Source: Catajapyx aquilonaris
Taxonomy: Eukaryota
Reading direction: 5' to 3'
Length of the DNA stretch: 64,000 nt
Assembly: GCA_000934665.2 (NCBI GenBank)
Contig: KZ538490.1
Span: 1-64,000 of the forward strand
Position 1 is the stretch's first letter; every line of letters begins with the position of its first letter. Shown here in pieces: positions 50,301 through 63,100 of the stretch. The notes beneath the pieces were generated by a model. That model did not search any database and was not told the origin of the DNA. It was given only the letters and a program-made list of their open reading frames with translations. The position numbers were made by a program, and so were the translations under genes.

Positions 50301-53300
50301 TAGGCGGTTCCGTTTCCGGATATCAGCGACGCTTGACTGTTTAAATAAGGCGCAGCCGGAAGGCGCGGTCTAAGAAAAGGCCAACTGCAAAATGTGATTT
50401 TGGCGAAATGTTAAATTTGCGAGCTGAATTTGCCATGGAACGTGACAATCTTCGCCAGTTGCATTTCATTGAAAAAAATATTATTTGCAAGTAAGTTATT
50501 TTCAAAAATCGTTGGTAAAGGTCAGCACACTTTTGCATGCCAGCACTCTGGGAGTGTAAGCAGTCCAAACTGTTGGCAGTAGTGGAGACCTACCCTAACC
50601 ACTACCTGACTATTAAAAACACTCAAAAGCCAGTTTCTTTGGTGGAAAAAAAAAGAGAGAAGGAGGGACTGAGGAGAGGGGGGAAGAGGACTAATGCATA
50701 CATAGGTAAAAGTTGGTGCTCGTGGAGAGATGTGGGGAGTTTGGGAGCAAAGTCGAAAAGAAAACAAGTCTGCCATCATGCCACTTGGGCTATTCTCCAG
50801 CCCCCTCAGTTCTTTCTGGCAGCTTGAGGGGGCGGAAGGCTCTTTGCCTGCAGCATCAGGATGGATCGGGAGTGGTTGGGGGTGTGGAGGGATGGAAAAG
50901 GGAGAGAGAGAGAGAGAGAGGAGTCTGTTTGGATGTTGGGAAGGAAAAAGATGAGGTCCTCCAGGAGGAACATGTTTGATTAGGGTGGCACCCGCGGACT
51001 TTCCCGGGCAGCTGTTAAGTCCCTTGGTTTGTTGTGTGTTGGGTGGTACACAACCTATGGGGCAGTTGGTTGGATTTCGATTGCCCTAAGTTTGAAGGAT
51101 AGTGTTTTGGAGCAGCTTGGGTTCTGGAAGCGTGTGTTACGAGAGGGGCAAGTTTGGAGGGCCAGTGTTTCCTGAAGGCACTGGGAAGAAGTGGCAGCTG
51201 GCGCCTGATGTTTGCGAATAATTGTCGCTTACTATAACAATCTGATATGTCACGTTATTGCGTTGCGGCCGTCAAACGTCCGTTCGCGATCAGTACAATG
51301 GCAGGGTGCAACCATCTATTACAAGTGCAGATTCCGACACCTGTCGTTCTAACTACCCCTCGGAATAATCCAACGCGATGACACTAATGAGCACTTCGGT
51401 GTTGCCGACACTGTCCGCCGCAACAATGCCCGTTCACTCCCCCACGATTGAAAATCATCTCGAGCTTCATCCTAGAGTAGGTGTCTCAAATTGCACTCTG
51501 CATCGTAAGCAAACAACGGGGGGGTCCCTCCCTCCCTGGGACGGATTCTCCCAGCATCTAGAGCGGACCCCAAGACAAACACCTCGACTGCTTCCAGTAA
51601 ACTAGTGTCGCCCTACCTCCCCCTACCCCCAGCACCTCCTGATAGATAGAGACTTCATGGAACCGCGATCCTTGGCGGGGGGTTCCCTGAATAAACAATG
51701 GCTTTGGGATGGGGAAAAGGGGGTGGGGAGGTCCAGTTGTCCGGAGGGGCCAAGAGGCCCCTGGGCAAACATAGTTCTGGGCTGTGTGAATAGGAGGACC
51801 GGAAGGAGTGGAGGGGAAGGAAGGGGGTGCGGGATGGTGGAGGGGATAAGTGTCATGTGCAGGACTGGAGGTCCGGTCTTGATTACATATGTGGGAAAAG
51901 GAGGAGTGTGGGATGTCGATTGCGAGTTTGCTGTGGGTTTCTGCCTGCTGAGTAGGTTTTAGCAAAGAGTGAGTCACGAAAGTCGAGGGTTATGTAAATA
52001 GTAAGCGTCTATCTCCTGCCCACATCCCCAAAAGAGTTCCAACATAAATTCTGAAAATTCCACACATGATAGACGTCAATAGGTGCAACTCTCGCATTAT
52101 TATCCGGCGATTAAACCGAAGTTTCGAAAAACGTCCCCCAGAAAAAAAATTGACCATCTGACGAACCTGTGTTATGTCCACAACGTCTGCATATCTCCCA
52201 ACTGCCGCAGTTCTTTTCATTTCCAGCTGCAATTTTGCATTATGAAAATTGCAGGGCTGCTTCATTTTTGTTTGTCAGGGGGAGGCGACATTGCGACTGT
52301 CAAAGAGAACACGTAGGTGTGTGTGTGTGAGAGAGAGAGGGGGTTGCGGCTGGGTAGGACCAACATTCCTGGGGGGGCCTCCCAGTATAGGGTTTTTTTT
52401 GTTGAAAAAAAAGAGAGTATGTTTATACATGTCGTGCGCTTGCAAAATTCGTGGGAATTTTTGCCCTTATTGGGCGAAAATTAATTAAAACCAGGTAGAA
52501 ATTCCGCAGTGCAACAAAGACCGGTGCGACAAAGGCGGGACAAAAACAATTGGGGTTTTCGCAATCTCTCCGCCGTAAATACAGGGGAGGATTTAGCAAA
52601 AAGAACGCTGCCTGGGGGACATCAAACGTCGATTTTTTTGTGTGGAAAAAAATACCCTCCGATGCACTGACATAATTTGAGAAATAAGCGTGGGCGCATC
52701 ACATCCCCTTTTACGTGTCACTCGCACCTGTTGCCGCCCATCTTTTTGCATTTGGGCCAGACCCCATCTCAACTTTAACGTCGTAATTCTCCGGCTTGCT
52801 CTGATCCGGAGATAAATCCGTCGTCGCCATGGGCTGCCCCGGCTGTCCCCACCGGTTACGAGGCTTTACGTATAGCTGTAGCCTCCCCAACTCCCCACAC
52901 CCCCGCTTCTGCGTCATTTGTTGCTAGCAAACATGGGTGGCACGTGGACACGTCATTGTCACGTCACATCGATCCGGGTGCCGGTTGCATGTCCGGTGTA
53001 CGTTTAAGTCCGAGCGATGTCTCAAGTTTCCTCAAGTGTGGCACGAGCTCTATATGGATGGGTGGGTGTCATATTTTAATTCGCGCAACAGTTTGTATCG
53101 AAAAGACGAACGTATGATTAGGTGGAGAAAATAAGGAGCTAATTTTTGGGGACACGACAAGTACGATGGGGCTCGTGCACCTGGGGGTCGGGTTTTTGGC
53201 CGGTAGGTGGCAATGATGGGCACTTCGAATCGGGAAAGTTTGAACTTATACTGTACAGAGCAGCCCTCTGCAACTCGTACAATACGGTGGAGTACTTAGA

Positions 53301-56300
53301 GAGTCTCCGCCACCCAGGATTGGGCGCTGGTGGCGCTCCACAGTCATCTTACACGATTCGGGTGGATGGCGGGCGAGTCTGCTAATGCGCTCCGGGCCCA
53401 TATGGTGGGGAAAGGAAGGGTTGGTTCAGAAGGCGTCCACCCGAATCGTACGATAACTGTGGAGTGCCACGGGCGCCAAATCATGGGTAACTTCACAACC
53501 ATCACCATAAGGCCAGCATAAGGCTACGCTGGGACTTGCAGTGGGCTGGTATTGTACAGAGACCCATTTTTACGTTTTCGTTGAGTTACAATGTTACATG
53601 GAGTTAGTTGTGGCCATCAAAAAGGCGGAGGTTGAAGGTCAGTTGTTTTGAAGCCACCTGGATCATTATAGGTTATGACTAGGCTGATTTAAAAGCTTTA
53701 TTCTATTTTATACCCACTCGACGCCATTTCTTGTGATAAATATTTTAGCGTCACCTATAGCAACGGGAGGTGAGAAGATATAGATCGGAGTGTGTTACGC
53801 AACCGCAGTTTAGTTAAATATTGAACACGGGCCTATCACTTGCACGTGAATATGCCTCATCTACTTTATGACATATATGTAGTCACCAGCCGCGGTGCAA
53901 GATGGCCCTCGAATGTGGGCCACTACTGTATACCCACGTGATAATTAATTGAATCCGGTGTTTATAGCGCAGTTTGTCAGTGTGTGTACGTCGGGTTGGA
54001 TGACCTGGGCCATCAATAATTGGCTAGGCATGTGTTTGATTTAGTGCGGCGGCCATTCTTGAAGGTGTTGCACACATTGGACGATTTTTCTACACGATAC
54101 CGAGACCATTCGGCCTCTTCTTTTCGTTCCGTACCTACCTTCTCCTCCCCCCCCCCCCCTCTTTTTTTTGTTTCTCGGGGCGTGAATACTCCGGGGTGAT
54201 CCATGGGTATGAATTATGGAGAAGGTGCTAGGCCTGAAACTCTCCGGCACATGTGCGGATGAGGCAGGGGTGGAGTTTGCCTTCGCATAGGCTTTATCAG
54301 AATGCTTAAAGTGACAGTTGGGGATAATGGAGTGTGTGCTTTGGCCGGCCACCACCCACCTCTCTCGGCCACCAAACTCGGCCCGCTTCGATCCATCAGT
54401 AGTAGGTGGGGGTGTGGGCTTCCGTCCATTTTGTTAAGATCATAATATGTCATTGTTTTGACAAGGTCCTAATGACAATGGGTCATAAATTTTTGGAGGG
54501 AGGGCCCGGGCATTGTTGCCCCTGGGCGGAAACTTGGTCCAAGTCCACGCACGGTGCGTGAATTGGCCCCGGGGCAAGTCGCAATAAATTCAGTCGGCCG
54601 TCGGAAGACATGTTTGTCGATTTTTTTTCCAGTGCCTCACTCGTGTGCCGACTTGCGAAATGGAGCAAAACGGGTCGAGTCAACATAATTTGGCGGGCCA
54701 CAATAGAGGTGCATTTGCCACCTACGGCCAGTGGCCTGTACAATGCCTCGTAAAGGCATTGTGGCGTGCGTCCATCTGAAATAATTTGGCCGACTCCATC
54801 ACGATTCCATAATAGGGTAGATAGCGTATCTGGAAATCCGAACTGACCAAAAGAGAGGAGGGGGGCAGAGGACATGTGATAGGCTTGTTGCAGGAGTCAC
54901 CACCGATAAGGTGTCCATCGAGATATGGCTGGCCGAAACAGGACTTTCCATTTCAGAATGTTGAGTTTCCTCCGTGCCGTCACACAAGGCGGCCAAATTT
55001 GCACACAAGTTTTAAGGTGCAATCAAGAGGAGGTGGCGGGTTCTATCGTACCGGCAGGGGGGCGATACTCGCACGAAAACGGCGTACGGGGCCATTAATT
55101 TGATTGAATTCCATGCCAGGGGCGTCCATAGGCGTTTGAGCTGCCACGCGAACAAAGTTGGCTGTTTTGCAGGCAAAAACGCGCGATGTCTGGCACTTTT
55201 AATGCGACATGACTGATGTGGGTCCAGCTAGATTCGTATCCTCATATTTAGAAGCAAATGTTGTTCCAAGAAATGTCCCTGCCAGTGTGTTATTCCGACC
55301 CTTTGTTGTCCAGCCTGCAGTGTTCCCATGACATGTCACGGACCACATGGTCATCCATCTGTCCGTTTTCCTACAGTCACCCCTTTTCTCAACCGCCCCC
55401 TTTTCCGGCTCTCCCCCCCCCCTCTCCATCCCCTACTCACCCCCTCCAGCTTTTCCTCTGACAGTGGCTCTAATTCGGTTTGCAGACGGGGGAGGTAAAC
55501 GGGTAATTAAGTCGGCGTTATTCCCGCCCTCCATCGACACCTCCTCTCTCTATTGGCCGCAATAGCCATGGCCCATTAGGAGTGTATCAATCATAGGGGA
55601 AGAGGGAGAAGGAAACGGAGAGGAGTTGACAGGAGCTACAGCCACTTTTGCAGATGGTTTTTTGGGGGAAAGTTTTTTTTTAAGGAGAATAGCCGCTAGG
55701 AACGCTCGTGTCTGCCATTGTTATGGGCAAAAGTAGCAGGAAATGTCAAAAATTGCGCTAATGTCAACTTTCTCTTCAGTTATTCCAAAATGTCTGGAGT
55801 GCACGTCAATCAGGGGGTTCCAGATGGCAGCCTCCATTTTTTGCGGTCCCCATCTCAACTTCTGGCATTATTGTTCCGACCACGTGATTAACTCCAGACC
55901 GCAAATATCGGTTGCTTCGGAATTAACAATCAGACTCAATCCGTTGGGTGTCGCTGATTAAAATCCCAGGAGGTTTTGGGGGGAGGGTTGTGCCGGAAAA
56001 GGGAGAAATTTTAGCTGTCGGAGAGTTAAGTTGGCTCTCTCTCTCTCTCTCTACCTCTCTTTTCAAGAGTTCCTTCTCTCTCTCTCTCGCAGCAACCCGG
56101 GCCTCCTTCCCAGACACAAACATGCCTCAATACCGCACTTTCTCCGGGGCCGGGCGCGTTATTACTGCCATATTCCCAACCTGATCCGCTAAGACGTGTT
56201 TGTGATCCACTCGTGAAGCTGAGAACTTTGGCCTTTGAGAAGGAGATTGTAGCGAGGCGGTGAGGTTGAGGGATTTGAGACGAGGGAAGGAACCGGTAAC

Positions 56301-59300
56301 TAAGTTAGCGGTAATGTATAGCGGTCGGGGGGAAGAGGGAGAGATGGNGGGGTAGGGAGGGGGAAGGGTTTTCCTTGGACTTTCTGGATGACTATGGTAG
56401 CCTTCTTGGGTTAGAGGGGGGGAGTAAGCTTGGAGTGTTTGCACTGCTGCATCGGGGAGGTCATTGTGCACTGGGCTAGATCTGCAGGTTGGGCCATACA
56501 AGCAATTAAACAGCATAGTTGCATCGTGGACATCCCGAGGGGGGGGGGAAAAAAATCTAGGCCGGAGCTTTTGTGGCAATGTCCAGAAACATACAACTTG
56601 TGTCCATGTTGACGCTCACTACCTTTTTTAAAAAAGGCCCGTGGTCACGAGTCTGCTGTTTCGTATTTATTGTGCACGTTCGCATTAGTTTGTTTTTGCA
56701 AACGGTTCGAATTGCAGGTAGTACGCATAGCTGCTGATAAGCATTATCTTTCTCCTCGTAGTCTGATGTTTGTCCGACCTGATAGTATCGCAATGTCTCG
56801 CACGACCTGAGGGTGACAGGAGTGTGCAGCTGGAGTATGCGCCATCTGTGCGTGAAAATAGTACTACGTGGTAAATCGGCGGGCTCTCTTATTAAAGTTG
56901 TTTGATTGTCTTTGTCATACTGATTATAGGTGTTGCCAAATTTGGGCAGCGGTTCACTAGTATATAAATGTGGGCAATATGCCAGTTATTTCTATAGGGG
57001 CACTAATGTTACTTTGCGACTACTCCATCAGGATCTGGGCTTGAAAATATGGGGTTGAACCCTTGACTTTATGTTTAGTGTCACCTGATTCAGCTTACTG
57101 ACACCCCGCTCTCTAGGAGAACACCAGCCGCTCACTCCTGGTCAATAAGGTATCCCCCAAACAATCGTGATTTGCTGTAACACAAGCCTCGGCACTAGCT
57201 TCCCTCCGAGAAACCCGCAGTGTTGCTTGGATCTGTGCCTGGCTCCTATTGTCTGCCATCTTCGGGGAATCTTATCGCGGTAAAGATTTGAGAATTCGGC
57301 GCAATTTCCAGAATTAATGATCGAGCCTGCTGAATAGCGACTACCTCCTTCCAGTCTCCCCCTCCCTTTCCCCTCCTGGTGAGGGCTGTAAATTGGCAAA
57401 CCTGTGTTAGCCGGTCTGAGAAATTATCTCGGACCCCGTAAATAACCTCTTTGGTTATAAACCGGGGTTTTGCTTGTGTATATAACATCTTCGGGCCCTG
57501 ATCTGTAACCGTGTGAGCAATTTTGATGTACGGGGGTTGGCATGACTGGGGCCCAACACAACCTCCTCCCCTTGCCTTTTCCCTCCCCTTTCTGGGCCTG
57601 AGGCGATGCAGTTTTGCAAGTAGGGCGAGGAAGGAAGGAAAAGGAAGGGAGGTGGGGAGAGGAGGGGGATAGTTGAAGGGGAGAATAGACGTGGGGCTGG
57701 GGTGCGAAGTTTGCAGACTGGCTGCCTTTCCCACATCCAAGAGATGTGCTCTCTGGCATGCCTTCCATACTTCTAAGAGAGATTAATTGAATGCGTTGCT
57801 GTGGAAGACGGAGGGGATAAAAAGTGTGTTGGGGGTGAGAGGGGGGGGGGTGTCCAAATGTGGAGCTAAGAACGGCGTGTTGTAACCTGCACGCAATACG
57901 GTATTCTCGATTATCCGGATTTCCGTGTTATCCGTACATCCACACGACATGCTGAGTATTTTTCTAGTTATTTCCACAGGTGTTTTTGTTTATGAGTGAC
58001 AAGGACAAGCACTGACGTGAACTTTGATTGATAAGTAATGAATTAAGGCTGTTTAACTTAAATGTGCTATTAAATCGTGCCACTTGTGCACAAATTTGAC
58101 GCTCGTTTTACTTGGTATTCAAGTGCTGTGCACTACGTGAATGAATAGGATGATGATTAAATACGTGCTTAAGTGAGCGTTTACTCTGGAGGTTTCTGAT
58201 TAACATTTTTTTACATTGCTTTCACATTTTTAACCTTCTTGCACGTCAAGCTTCTGTATTATCCGCAATCTTGACGTCGGTCGCGTTTAGCCCTGATGAT
58301 CGAAACTCTATTGTATTAAGCTGTGGCGTAATGTACCCGTTACGTGCTGAGAAGTGCACATTGTTTTATCCCAGAGTTTCTATATCGACGCGTAGTGTGA
58401 GTCACATACCTGTGTACCGGGTATTTGGAAACGTGAAAATTTTCAGGATGCAAATCGATGCCGGAAAGGGGGTTGCAGAGTGTATTCTTGCGAGCTTTTC
58501 CCTGGGACAATAGTCGAGTTGCAATCTAGTGTGGGAAATGCTCTTCCCACATTTACCACGACATTTCGTGGAAAGAAGCATTCATTACCGGGGCGGACCC
58601 TCCCCAGTCCCTATATAGCCCCCACCAAGAAAGATGACGAGTAGGGGAACGAGTGAATTATTGAGGCCCCAAGGACTGCGGAAAACGTTGACATGTGCCA
58701 TAATTGTCCGGCTGCCTACCATTGCATATTTATGACGCAAGCTAGGTCTCTCTCGCAAGAGGGCTGGCCGACCCCCCTCTCCGATTTTCCTTTTCCGCGA
58801 GTTTGCATTTCGGGCAGCGGCCGTGTAAACGTGGCGGATTTTCCACGGGATAAGGAACTTTTCGGGGTTGGGAGGGAGCCGGCACGAATAACTTATTACG
58901 CCGGGTTTTCCACAGTCATTTCGCATTAGGTTACGGCCAATAAAGCAGTAGGGGCCGGTGCTTGTGGGCCACCCTGGTGAAGTGCCAGATTTTTGTAAAT
59001 CTCTTAAGTAGAGACCTGCATATACCGGACACTAGGTGTGGCAAAAAGCCGGGTTTTTGTCATTTGTTGAAAACTTCTCTCACCATGTCTGTTTCCAAGG
59101 TCAACTTTCATCCTGATAGGCAGGCTAACCTTGTTCTTCGTCTGTTCGACGGAAAGTGCAGCTGTCAGGGGTAACAAGAAGGGCAAAAAAAAAAGATGAA
59201 TGAAACAAACTGGATGGGGGTCGAGTGTGGATTACCCTGGGTTTTGGAATTGTTCGCCCCGGTTTAGCCCCGGTGTCTGGGCTCATTTCCATCTCTAGCT

Positions 59301-59891
59301 GCTAATCAGATTATCCGGAAGGCGCCCCTCGGATAAGTGAGCAAAGGCGCCTTTGCCACGTCAGAGCCCAGGCCAAATCTTCTTAGGGACGTCCCTCCCG
59401 AGACCGGGGCCTTCTCTATCCCTCCTCCTTCCTTCCTTCCCCCACCCCCACCCCCTCGCGCGCGATGTTTGCCTGGATTATAAGATAGGGTTCCACGTTT
59501 CACGGCAGAGATGGTGTTACGAGCGACGGGAAAGTTGTGTCGAGGAAAGGCGACGACGGGCGTCAACTTTCCCAGGATGAGGCGTTCATTTTTTGTTGTA
59601 AATGTTTATGTTTTTTTTGGAGGATGACAGTCCGGATGAAAGTTTTTGCACCATTATGGCTAATTCAAAATGTTGTTTAATGAACATTATATGGAGCGAC
59701 GTCCATTTTCAAGTTGAGAGTCAACGAACTGACAATCGGAGCTGGTTGACACCTTGGCACTGCCATTAAAGGTGAGATGTCAATTCCTCCTTCCACCAAC
59801 CAAACCGACTGTGAGATCATTAGCATATGATGCCAGTGTTATTCCAGGTAGGGGAAGAGTTTGTGAAAGGGAGAAAGGGGGGGGGGGGGGG

Positions 59892-60169
59892 NNNNNNNNN
59901 NNNNNNNNNNNNNNNNNNNNNNNNNNNNNNNNNNNNNNNNNNNNNNNNNNNNNNNNNNNNNNNNNNNNNNNNNNNNNNNNNNNNNNNNNNNNNNNNNNNN
60001 NNNNNNNNNNNNNNNNNNNNNNNNNNNNNNNNNNNNNNNNNNNNNNNNNNNNNNNNNNNNNNNNNNNNNNNNNNNNNNNNNNNNNNNNNNNNNNNNNNNN
60101 NNNNNNNNNNNNNNNNNNNNNNNNNNNNNNNNNNNNNNNNNNNNNNNNNNNNNNNNNNNNNNNNNNNNN
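59892..60169. other. Assembly gap (278 N) flanked by G15 and C12 homopolymers
   Basis: Directly visible. Single N positions elsewhere (e.g. 3013, 16075, 22340, 37922, 48907) also fall in G-runs. Confidence 0.99.
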
Positions 60170-63100
60170 CCCCCCCCCCCCTAGATTTTTAGTGTGTGTG
60201 GGAAGAAGCGGCACCGTCCAGCGACGGCTCTTTCCGTGATGTTAGGGGCTTATCAAAAAGCTGCGTGATTCCACGCCAGAATTATTCATTCTATTACGAA
60301 AGCGCGGGAGGGCTTCGTGCACTGCCTTGGCGTGATTAATGCATCACTTTGGTGCCCTCACGCGATTTCTAATACAGCGCACCTCGCTTTCCTATGTGTT
60401 GTCCATGCTCGAGCTCATTCAGGACGATTAAAACGGTATCGCAAGGGCATAAGCTTGGAGGGTGTACAGCATTGTGCTGGAATAATACCACACACGTTGC
60501 TCCGGGAGGGTTTCGCCTCAAAATTTTTGGGGTTTATGGCCTCGGAGTGCACCTTAGCATGGGGCTGGTACGAGCAGGGGGGGTGTCCTTTTGTATGGGC
60601 TGGTGGCAGCCAAAATTCCTTGCTCTCTCCAACTGCAGCTAATCGTCGAGAGGTAATAGATTAAACGGCTGGGATGTGTGCATGCGAGGGAAAGAACTTT
60701 TCTCAGCCAATCATAAAATTTGCAGGCGGTTGGATTGAAGCCTACCCATACACCCCCCTCCTCTCGGGCTGTACCGCCCAAAAGCTCCTTTCTCTCACTC
60801 TTGCTCAGTGTGAACGTGACTGCTCCAAATAGCATAGTAAACGGCAGTAATGTGACCGTGGCGTAACTGAAGGCTCGTTCCCCCGTCGCCAAAAACACTG
60901 CCAAAGTGTCTAGGATTTTCCCATTGGAAAGGGTCTGGAATGGAGAGGGGTGGGAGGGACCGGGGAGGGTGGGGGGGACACGACGGAGGCTGGAGAATAT
61001 AAGACTTTTCCATTTTAGGGCCTCTGTCCCTTGCACATTCCGTGGGAATGAACGTTATGGGAGGCAGGCAGTGGGAACGAAAAGAGGGTGGGGAGAGAGA
61101 GAGAGAGAGAGCGGGTGGGGGCTAGTTTCCTCGGTGTCATCTCGTAAGTTGCGCGCTAGAAGGAATGCTACCGACTCCGAAACACCATGAAATGCGCACC
61201 CATGTGGACTGCAGGTCAAAAAAGCTGCCATATTCGCTCTGCCCGTGCACTCAGGGTGAAAGATACGCTCAGATATTGCTTTTCTTTGGAGGGGTGACGC
61301 AAAAAATTGGGAGAAGGAAGAATACGGGTTGCATATCTTCAACACGGTAGGCACGTGCAAATGATAGGTGCGCAACACCCTCCCCCTATCCTGAAGAAGC
61401 GTTGCAGAAAAGCTATTTCTTCCTTTGGGCGGTATTAATCAGAGTCTTTGTAGTTCCCCGAGCAGTTTCTTCTCTGTCTCCCAGCGCGCTCTCGGCCTAT
61501 ATTGAGAATAATTATGAAAGGTGGGGGTGGGGGGGGGGGGGGGAGGAAAGGGAGAAGGAAAAAAAAAGTGCGAGGACAAGAACCTTCTCCCTTCGGTTGC
61601 AGATACGAGGCGACAGTGAAAAATTCCTGGGATTAAAAGGGGGGAGACCTAGGGTCCCTGGGTGTTGGAAGAAAAGGAGAAGAAGGTCGGCGAACTGGCA
61701 TGAGAACCACCAGCTGTGATACTGGGGCGGTGTGGGGGGACTGAAGAGGAAGGAAATAGTGAACTTTTTTTTATTTATTTTTAAAAAAAGAAGAGGGGTA
61801 TACTTTTAGGACCTCATGCCATACTTCGAAATTGTACTAGCACACGGGAATGAAACCTGATTTTTTTGGGAGGGCATAAGTCCGCTTATTATTTGCATGA
61901 GCTCTGTTTGGCGCCGTTTGTCAGATCCGCCCTCGGTGACTTTGTTGCCATATTTAAACCCGTGTGCACCCGGGGGATTAGCCGCGTTCAACTTGGTGCT
62001 GGAATATTAATGGCACTAACCACGCGGTTGTGCTTTCCCCCTGCCGTCACATCGCGAAATTTATGCTGAAATTGGTTAACAATTTAAATGGCTGCATCTG
62101 GTAACGGTGCGGTAGCCATGTTCTGCGGCTGGCAACGCTGAAGTACAGTGAATCGCCATGTTGGATTTGATGCGAAAATCTTCGGGCAACGGTATGGGAG
62201 GGGGGGTTTTGATCACAACCCTCAGCCCAGAAGTGGACCATAATTCAAAGTAAAGTAGGGTGCGACATCCCTCAGCAGTTTTGGACCTGGCAACCCTCGA
62301 GTTGTCCGGATAGGCATATACAAACACAGGTAGGACGAGCATTGGGACAGCAAGGTGTGGGTGGGAAGTGCATGGTGGAAGAAGTGGAAAGGGGGGGGAA
62401 AAAAGAAATTGATTTAGAGAAGTTTGAAAAATATTACAGCACAAAATTGTGCCAGTACATTTACCTTTATCTCCAATGTAATGTTACATCATGTCTCTCT
62501 TTTATAGACCTCTAGTGACACTGTTAGCTCTGTGAAAATGATTCTACACAGGCAAAATTATCACGTAATAATTATATTATTCAAGTACAAACTTCAACAT
62601 CTGGTAACTTTCNAGAGAGAGAGAGAGAAGAGGGGGGGAACCCTCACAGAGCGTGTGTGTGTGAGAGAGCAGGGTAGTTTTGAACACTATCATGCAACAT
62701 GAGGCCGTATCAAACATGGAAGCGAAACGTTGTTGACAACAGGCTGTAGTCTGGTCTGCAATTAGCTTTTGCTTGATGGATCGCAGTCTTTTGATGCAGC
62801 ACTTACAGTGTTTATTAGCAGACCGAATGACGTCACGTAATGCATAACGCGCCTTACATGACTTTGTCCTCTGCAACAATGGCCTCTGTTTCCTTTACGA
62901 GTCTTGTCGGGGTGGCAAGGGGAGAGATAGTGCGGGTCCTCTCATATCCAGGCATAAAATCGTGGGGTCGCATATCACAGGGAATGGTTTTGCAAAATTT
63001 CACATGCATGGGGCATCCTTCATACAACTTTGCACGTTTGCTAATGAATAATTTTCGGGGAGGCAAGCGATTGGGGAATTTAGGGACGCCTGGTAAGTGG

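Noticed and set aside
57448..57458. TCTTTGGTTAT, identical to the first 11 nt of miR-9
   Set aside because: Sequence diverges immediately afterwards and no pre-miRNA hairpin is evident.
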